NCBI GenBank assembly: GCA_002269645.1 | Contig: NIVC01000019.1 | Span: 992,001-1,056,000, forward strand | From: Macrostomum lignano | Taxonomy: Eukaryota | Length of the DNA: 64,000 nt | Direction of reading: 5' to 3' | In this document: positions 57,406 through 64,000 of the stretch, piece after piece | Numbering within the stretch: the first letter of the stretch is position 1 | How the letters are laid out: each line of letters opens with the position of its first letter | Translations under genes and position numbers: made by a program | The notes under the pieces: model-generated | Told to the model about the DNA's origin: nothing | Databases searched by the model: none | What the model saw: only the letters and a program-made list of their open reading frames with translations

Positions 57406-60137
57406 GAGAGAGGAGAGAAGAGAGAGGAGAGAGGGGAGAGGAGAGGGAAGATGGGAGAGGAGAAAGGAGGAGAAAAAAAGAAGAAAAGGAGAGAGCTGAG
57501 AAGAGACTGCTAGTGTGAAGTTTCACGGACCCGAGGACCGGATAGAGAGGCTTCGCGGGCCGGAGATTGCAGACCCATGACGTAGCAACCAAAATAGCAA
57601 CCAACGCTTTGCTAAATAATTAATATACAATTATCTTCATCAAGCATATTAGAACTGTTTTGAATAGCTAAATATGACCCTTGACCACGGGCTATATTAA
57701 GCACAGTCATTACATATAAACTAAAGCACTAGGTTAGCACTAGAACGAGATGCCTGCTTTGCTATGTGTCCAGTAGGATTCACGCGCATTTCGCACACTA
57801 ATGATTTGACGCGTGTTTACACTGCGCTATGCTAAAACTGAAATTCATATCCGACTTGAAGGCGAAATTAGGCGGCCAGTCACTCTAATCTAAAATTTCC
57901 TATTTCAAGATATAGATACATAAATACTGGGTCCAAACTCTCAAGTCTCTCCTTGGTGCATTTGCAAATGTAGAAATTGTGAAAGCGTTTCGATACACTA
58001 GCTAGCTAGCTAGGACTGTGCGCACAATATCAAGCAAATTCACTTTTGCAGAGCGGTGACAAGCATCTGGAGATTTTGTTTTCGATTTTAAACTAACCGA
58101 GAAAAAAGTATATTTGCACTATCTGTACTGACTTAATCATAAATCATCAGTGTGCCTGCCAGGGGAGACAGTTACGATGCCAGGGGAGGCAATGGGGATG
58201 CCAGGGGAGGCAGCGGGGATGCCAGGGGAGGCAGCGGGGATGCCAGGGGAGGCAGCGGGGATGCCAGGGGAGGCAGCGGGGATGCCATGGGAGGCAGCGG
58301 GGATGCCAGGGGAGGCAGCGGGGATGCCAGGGGAGGCAACTGGGATGCCAGGGGAGGCAGCGGGGATGCCAGGGAGGGCAGCCGCCCTTTCTCACCTGAC
58401 AGTCGGTGCAGGAGCAAGGTGCTATGCCGCCAGACTTGTCTCCAAGCTCGCATTTAACCAGACTGGAGTTCATGGGGCACATAGACTCGCTGCCATTCGT
58501 GTAGCACTGGTCCTGAATGAGATATTTGGTATCGAAGGGAGCGAGCGAGTTGGCCTTGGTGTCGCCAATGAAGTTATAGATGTCCTGGATTGTGCACTTT
58601 TCAACGCTGACGCTGCCGCACAGACCGCCAATCGCTTTGCTGTTGCCCTGCATGACGTCTTTGCAGCTGTTGAACAGGCCATAGGAGAACGCGCTGGTGA
58701 TGTTGTAGTCGATGTTGAGAATGCCATGGCTAGTCTGGTTCACCTGAGTCGGTCTCAGATAGTGAGTCTGGTTTGGCGAACAGGTGAACTGGCAGAATAG
58801 TTCACGAAAATTTTTCCAGCAACCCGGGCAACGTTTGAATAGGAGGCCGGCCGGGTCCAGCTGCTGACTCAGCGTTTGCACCTGCGATGGGGTTTGGTTT
58901 GTGCGGCTAGTGCCCGGCTGACTGTCGGGTGTCAGGTAAAGGCAGCTGGGATTTTCAGGGACTCGTAGGAAACAGTGAGAAATTTTAGAAAGACTAATTG
59001 TGTCGGAAAAACATCAGGATATCGGAAAAGACACCAGGATGTTGGGGAAGACACCAGGATGTCAGGGAAGACACCAGGATGTCAGGGAAGACACCAGGAT
59101 GTCGGAAAAAACATCATAATATCGGAAAAGACACCAGGATGTTGGGGAAGACACCAGGATGTCAGGGAAGACACCAGGATGTCGGAAAAACATCATAATA
59201 TCGGAAAAGACACCAGGATGTTGGGGAAGACACCAGGATGTCAGGGAAGACACCAGGATGACGGAAAAAACATCATAATATCGGAAAAGACACCAGGATG
59301 TTGGGGAAGACACCAGGATGTCGGGGAAGACACCAGGATGTCGGGGAAGACACCAGGATGTCGGGGAAGACACCAGGATGTCGGGGAAGACACCAGGATG
59401 TCGGGGAAGACACCAGGATGTCGGGAAAGACACCAGGATGTAGGGGAAGACACCAGGATGTCGGGGAAGACACCAGGATGTCAAGAAAGACAGCAGGATG
59501 CCAAGTAAGACAGCAGGATGCCAGGTAAGACAGCAGGATGTCGGGGAAGACAGCAAGATGTCGGGGAAGACAGGAGGATATCAAAGATGGCAGTAGGTCG
59601 GGAAGATAGGAGGATGTCAGATAAGACAGCAGGATGTAATGGAAGGCAGCAGATATTAAAAACAGGGAAGCATGGAATACCATGGGAAACCCAAAAGGAT
59701 TGGTGACAAAAAGCAGTATATTAGTCTTAGTTATAGATAAATTAAAACATCTTACCTGAGATGGTGCACAGCAGGTATAGATAGTATCTGAGCCAGGATC
59801 AAATAGATCTGGGCATATAGATTTTAAAGAAGCCACTGCAGCAGAATCATTTAGTAATTTTGGTGGTCCATTGTATACACAGTTGGTAGACTTGCCAGTT
59901 GGGCCTTTGCCACATTGGTCATACATTATGCAATTACCCATAGCCTGTTAAATGCAAATTTACAGCTTTTAAAATCAGACACAAAAGTTAGACAAGCAAT
60001 ACCATTTACAAAAAAATTAAAGTAATATATCATTCAAATTTTTAGATCGATTTTAACATATTTTTAATTGTACTTACATATGAAACTCCAGAAACTAGAA
60101 GAAAAAATCCAAAAAGAGGAATCTTTAAAGATATCAT
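46611..60137 (-). CDS. NPC1: NPC1-like intracellular cholesterol transporter (10 exons; 1327 aa with exon 10A, 1356 aa with exon 10B)
   Basis: Exons 60137-60078, 59944-59756, 58881-58396, 57034-56532, 55471-54928, 54245-53805, 51767-50635, 50169-49914, 47736-47460, then 46705-46611 or 43873-43692; all phases consistent. Cys-rich NTD ([24 protein letters not shown]), [20 protein letters not shown], sterol-sensing domain ([18 protein letters not shown]), [34 protein letters not shown]. Confidence 0.95.
46990..47421. repeat. 38-bp minisatellite GGGACTAACTGATCCCGATTGAATCTGGGACTGATTGT (NPC1 intron 9)
   Basis: About 11 units. Confidence 0.95.
47460..47736 (-). CDS. NPC1: NPC1 exon 9 ([15 protein letters not shown])
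   Basis: CAG/GTGAG sites; ends in phase 1. Confidence 0.93.
47765..48500. repeat. 21-bp AT-rich repeat AATCATCATTTTAACCATGAT (NPC1 intron 8)
   Basis: Degenerate tandem units. Confidence 0.88.
49062..49904. repeat. 22-24 bp minisatellite GGCTACCCACAGACACAGTATCCA (NPC1 intron 8)
   Basis: About 35 units abutting the donor. Confidence 0.95.
49914..50169 (-). CDS. NPC1: NPC1 exon 8 (YEQY, TM helices)
   Basis: CAG/GTGAG sites; phase 2 to 0. Confidence 0.92.
50220..50605. repeat. 38-bp minisatellite GGGACTAACTGATCCCGAATGAATCTGGGACTGATTGC (NPC1 intron 7)
   Basis: Same family as 46990-47421. Confidence 0.93.
50635..51767 (-). CDS. NPC1: NPC1 exon 7 (end of SSD, C-terminal luminal domain)
   Basis: CAG/GTGAG sites; ORF 50631..51749. 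Confidence 0.93.
51800..53722. repeat. 30-bp minisatellite CTAGTTCTAGATACTAAATTACCACCCACC (NPC1 intron 6)
   Basis: About 60 units; a shorter 26-bp variant at the left end. Confidence 0.96.
53805..54245 (-). CDS. NPC1: NPC1 exon 6 (sterol-sensing domain)
   Basis: CAG/GTAAA sites; ORF 53742..54245. Confidence 0.93.
54312..54765. repeat. 20-bp minisatellite GGGGATAATGGGGATCTGTA (NPC1 intron 5)
   Basis: About 21 units. Confidence 0.92.
54928..55471 (-). CDS. NPC1: NPC1 exon 5 (middle luminal domain)
   Basis: CAG/GTCAG sites; ORF 54859..55443. Confidence 0.92.
55568..56523. repeat. 18-bp minisatellite GACCCACAGACACTTGCT (NPC1 intron 4)
   Basis: About 52 units abutting the donor. Confidence 0.95.
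56532..57034 (-). CDS. NPC1: NPC1 exon 4 (Pro-rich linker, TM1, TM2)
   Basis: CAG/GTGAG sites; ORF 56528..57046. Confidence 0.92.
57220..57500. repeat. GA-rich low-complexity tract (NPC1 intron 3)
   Basis: Purine-only tract on the plus strand. Confidence 0.8.
58160..58382. repeat. 21-bp minisatellite GGGATGCCAGGGGAGGCAGCG (NPC1 intron 3)
   Basis: About 10 units just after the donor. Confidence 0.93.
58396..58881 (-). CDS. NPC1: NPC1 exon 3 (NTD)
   Basis: CAG/GTGAG sites; ORF 58147..58881. Confidence 0.92.
59020..59600. repeat. 20-bp minisatellite GGGAAGACACCAGGATGTCG (NPC1 intron 2)
   Basis: About 28 units with interspersed variant blocks. Confidence 0.92.
59756..59944 (-). CDS. NPC1: NPC1 exon 2 (NTD)
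   Basis: CAG/GTAAG sites; [19 protein letters not shown]. Confidence 0.9.
60078..60137 (-). CDS. NPC1: NPC1 exon 1, signal peptide [20 protein letters not shown]
   Basis: ATG at 60137, hydrophobic 20 codons, GTAAGT donor, phase 0 matching exon 2. Confidence 0.75.
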
Positions 60138-60842
60138 GATCTGTAAAAAGTTGTTTGATTTATTATATTGCATTGCATGAGTTTATAAGATATAAGTTTA
60201 ATTAAATTAATTTTGAATAAATTTATCATTGCACTAATGACTAAAGAATTTTTGGAAAGATTTTAAAAATATATCTAGCATATATTTATTTTCTTAATTT
60301 TATTTATGCATTGCCCCACAATAAAAATTGAATAAATTTAAGTTGAGATCTAAAGGTGGTAGAAGAAAAATATATAACTTAATCTCAAAACTTAAGCAAA
60401 CAAAAGCCAAAACTCATTTTTCTATATATAATTTCATAGAAAAGAAAAACATTTTGTATGTCTTTGCAAATTTATAAATATAAAGTTTTACAATTTTTTA
60501 CAAATAAGCTGATTTTTCTATTATATATTATACCTGGCATATCACAAAACATGAGTCCACAACAAGATAAATGATACAATACAAGTATACGTTAAGCCTG
60601 CTAACAATAGTTTGCTAAGCACTAAGCAGCTTTTTAACCCTATGACTGTAGTAGGCCCCAAAAGTGAATTAAGTATCCAAGTAAAATTTAAAATAAATGG
60701 AAGTAATGTTAATGACATCATTGACATGTTCAGATGTAATAAATCCTTATATTATATTATATAATATGATGCAAAAGTTAAATCTTAATATTAGGCCTAA
60801 GAAGCAAAATAATCAGTTGCAATATGCCAATATATCTATATC

Positions 60843-61662
60843 GGCAATCCTACACTTCCGTTCGGTAAATTATTTTGACACTGAATTTTGAACAGGCGTG
60901 TTAAATAACAATGTAACCAAACAAAACTGAAACAGTGGAACATGGTAGCAGTCTGTTAGAGCGCATAGTCACTTAGAGGGTCTGCAGGTCATTAAGGTGT
61001 CTACAATGGATAATAATGTCCAATCTAGTACAGGATAGCCCCAAATGGACAATAGCCCCACTGCATTGCAGACAGCGTGTCCTGGGTGACGATGTGCAGA
61101 TCCCGTAGTGACATGTTGAGATTGAGTAGCTTGGCGGTGTTTCGAACCTCGTTTAACGGGATGATGAACCCGGGTGCTGCAGGTCGCCCAGCCATGGCAC
61201 TGAAGACAGGAAGATATGAGAAATTGAAGCTCAAAAAACAAGCAGCTCACAAGCAACAGCTTCCTTTAAACTGACACCCCCCTTAAACTCTGTTCGCTCA
61301 AACTTTTGGCCATAGACACATTGCCAATCAACGGGCCTTTTCATATTACCAATTCCAGAACCAGAATCGGTTCGGAATTCCAAGAAAAACAGCAGTATAA
61401 CTATTAAACTCTGTTAATATTTGACTGCCTTAACAACCTAACTTAGCACAATTTTTCACTTTCTTCTTGGCGATTGTCATTCAATAATAAAAACTTTATA
61501 GCACGTATCTCCCTCTAGTTATGGAGACAAAAAGTTATACTTCACAAATTGGTTCTGGTTCTGGAACCAGAGCAAGCAATATGAAAAGGCCCAACGTCAT
61601 TTGACTTGGTGGTACGAATTCAAATGTTAAAATAATTTACCGAACGGAAGTGTAGGATTGCC
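60843..61662. mobile_element. Non-autonomous DNA transposon (MITE-like, Merlin-type), 820 bp
   Basis: Perfect 34-bp TIRs GGCAATCCTACACTTCCGTTCGGTAAATTATTTT (60843-60876 and 61629-61662) flanked by the 8-bp direct repeat TCTATATC (60835-60842, 61663-61670). Confidence 0.85.
61333..61592. mobile_element. Nested 260-bp MITE (PIF/Harbinger Tourist-like)
   Basis: 15-bp TIR GGGCCTTTTCATATT (61333-61347, 61578-61592), 14-bp subterminal inverted match TTCCAGAACCAGAA (61353-61366, 61553-61566), 3-bp flanking repeat AAC. Confidence 0.72.
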
Positions 61663-63367
61663 TCTATATCTTATGTCGGTTTAAGATGTTCAAGAGTCGA
61701 GAATGAGAATAACTACAAATATACAATGGACTAGTGCATATTAATAGTCCTAGCTCGGTGCTCGAAGTTGCGTAGGTTAAGAAATTCAGGTTCATTGTTA
61801 GAGGGGCTTATTTGAACAGATCACTTTTATATTTAAATCGGGGAGATTCTCTGATAGCGTGACCAACCGTAGATTCCAAGGTCATTGTAATGACAAGTAA
61901 AAAGAAATGCTTATACAAAATTCTAAACATTGTTTAAAAATCTATATGTTAATAATACTATACTATGGCAGAATAAACTGTAGAAATTTGTACAAAATGT
62001 TTAAATTAGTTTAACTAAGAGTAATGTTTAAACGCACGCTTTCTAATAAATTAGTTATCGCGCATTTCAAAATTATCGTAGTTCATAAACATTACGAGCG
62101 TACAAGTAAATCAATCATTCATCATTCAGCGTCGTTTAGATCTTTTTAATACATAAATATTCCGTTCTTTTTTCATCTTACTTCGAACAGACTATTTTAA
62201 ACTCTTGGCTTTTCACACAAAGCATCATTAGTAGTGATGTTTAATTAAAATGGATTCAACAAACAGCATACTTAAATTCTTTCAAAATGTATTCACAGTT
62301 TTGAATGCTTTGATGTAGTTTGTTTTTCTGATTAATAACTTTATCATCAAATTTTTATAGTCATCTACACTAAGCTAATAAAATTGGATTTTGACCAGAA
62401 TCAATGCAAAATTAAAGACTAAATTTGTGATTTTTGTTTGCAGTTAGATATTGAGATTGAGACATAAGGACATTGCGATTCAAAACATTGTCTAAATATA
62501 ATCACTGACAGGCGTTGAAAATTTCGATTTTTTAGATTTTTTGAAACAATTTTGACAAATAACTTTGAGATCAGCAACTGTAATACTTCATTATAATTTA
62601 TTTTTTAAAACAAGTTTTAACTTTAGCTATTATAGTAAAGCAAGTATATATTAAACTGAGCTTTTAGCGTTTACTGCTTATTTTTGTACTATTTTCGCTT
62701 TTGTTGTATATTTTATATTTGTTCTAGTATTTATGGCAAGAACTTTAACTCTTAAACACTTTCTTAATCTTGGCTCTAGCAGCTTTTGAATTTTTCATAA
62801 TTATTTACATTTCTACAACTACATAGATAGAATTTCGTCGTGGTTCATAATCTATCTTTAATTTCTATCATGTTTTATAAAATCATTTTCATAAATATAA
62901 AAATGTTTAAAAGAATTAATATCCATGACTACGAGGATGATTAACCATAAAAAATGTAATAGTTTTAATTTGTAGGAAGAAGTAAAATTTACTGTTTCGT
63001 GCAAAATTGTGTTGTCTATAGTAGCTGGTATTGTTGATATTTATTAATTAAGTTGCTTAGTCAATCCTATAGACTTGTAGAGTTTAGTCTCTTATACAAG
63101 CTTTTCCTGTACGTAAACCAACTGAAAATCAGTTAAAGGGAATATCAAAAACAAAGAGTTTAGTTCATTTTCCATATAATTCGTAATGTGCATAATGATT
63201 TCTATAAATAATCTGAATTAGCATTGTCTAGCATTGAAAACAGCCCACCAAGAACTCATTTAGATTTGTAAGTAAACTGCGGGACTCTTCTACCCATCGA
63301 AATGAATTCGAACTGAAGAAGGAATTGTACTTTAGCCGAGACGGCTTGACGCTCTGCAGACATTTGA

Positions 63368-63555
63368 ATGAGCGCGGAGCACCGGGAAGAGAGGGGAAAT
63401 GCATGCGCTAGGCCGCCAATTTCTTCCGCTTCTTGCCTGGGAGAAGAGAAGCCGCTACTGACTTGGGGACGGAATGACGATGGGGAAGAGGAGTTAGTTA
63501 GAGAAAAATTCTCTCGGGGATGCGCCATGCTCGGGGCCTGTTGGGAAAATCAAGA
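63368..63555 (+). CDS. Possible first coding exon of an unidentified gene divergent from NPC1
   Basis: GC-rich island after 3 kb of AT-rich DNA; ATG at 63368, open to a GA/GTGAG donor at 63556. No recognisable domain. Confidence 0.25.
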
Positions 63556-63907
63556 GTGAGGGAAAGAGATCTGGAGGCCGAGGAAGAGAAGGGCGGAGAC
63601 GGCGCTGTCGCCATGAGCCGAAAAGGCGGAGTGGCTCTGGCAGTCGGTCTCTCTTCTTTTTTTCATCTGGCCTCCCGCCTCTCGATTGATTTCAACGCAA
63701 CTCCTCTCGATGTTTGCTCTCAGGGCTTCACTCTGCTCAGACCGACTCATTCCTCTTATTGGTCTCCCGCCGCCGTCAGGTTACACCGATTTTAAATGCT
63801 TTTAGTGTAGTGTTGCATTTTACATCGGAAAAGTCTGCAATACCACTTCAATCAGAAGTTAATGTAAAAAGGATCGTTCTGCGTGTGCTCAGGAGTCAGC
63901 GGAGTGC

Positions 63908-64000
63908 GCTGACACCCAATATGACCCTCCAGCTGACACCCAATATGACCTTCCAGCTCACACCCAATATGACCCTCCAGCTGACACCCAATATGACCTT
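63908..64000. repeat. 24-bp minisatellite CTGACACCCAATATGACCCTCCAG
   Basis: About 4 units, truncated by the window end. Confidence 0.85.

Noticed and set aside
46611-60137. Calling the sterol transporter NPC1L1 or Patched
   Set aside because: The Cys-rich NTD excludes Patched. NPC1 versus NPC1L1 is a vertebrate split that cannot be resolved without a phylogeny, so NPC1-like is used.

Overview
Eukaryotic (metazoan) genomic DNA with spliceosomal GT-AG introns, GC-rich exons and about 40 tandem-repeat arrays. The style resembles a Macrostomum-type flatworm genome; this is inference from composition only. Three multi-exon genes could be assembled by hand with consistent reading-frame phases. (1) An ARHGAP19-like RhoGAP on the minus strand (8198-13562, 9 exons, 780 aa). 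(2) A full-length but divergent ionotropic glutamate receptor-family subunit on the plus strand (29721-42071, 13 exons, about 864 aa). (3) An NPC1-like sterol transporter on the minus strand (60137 down to 46611 or 43692, 10 exons) with what look like two alternative last exons encoding different cytoplasmic tails (1327 or 1356 aa). 21 of the 29 introns carry a tandem array, often running up to the splice sites. Upstream of NPC1 lies an 820-bp TIR element with an 8-bp target-site duplication (Merlin-like) that contains a nested 260-bp TIR element with a 3-bp duplication. Almost all long ORFs in the supplied track are artefacts of repeats. No gene could be resolved in 1-8 kb or 14-29.7 kb. Array boundaries are approximate; exon boundaries were counted by hand.
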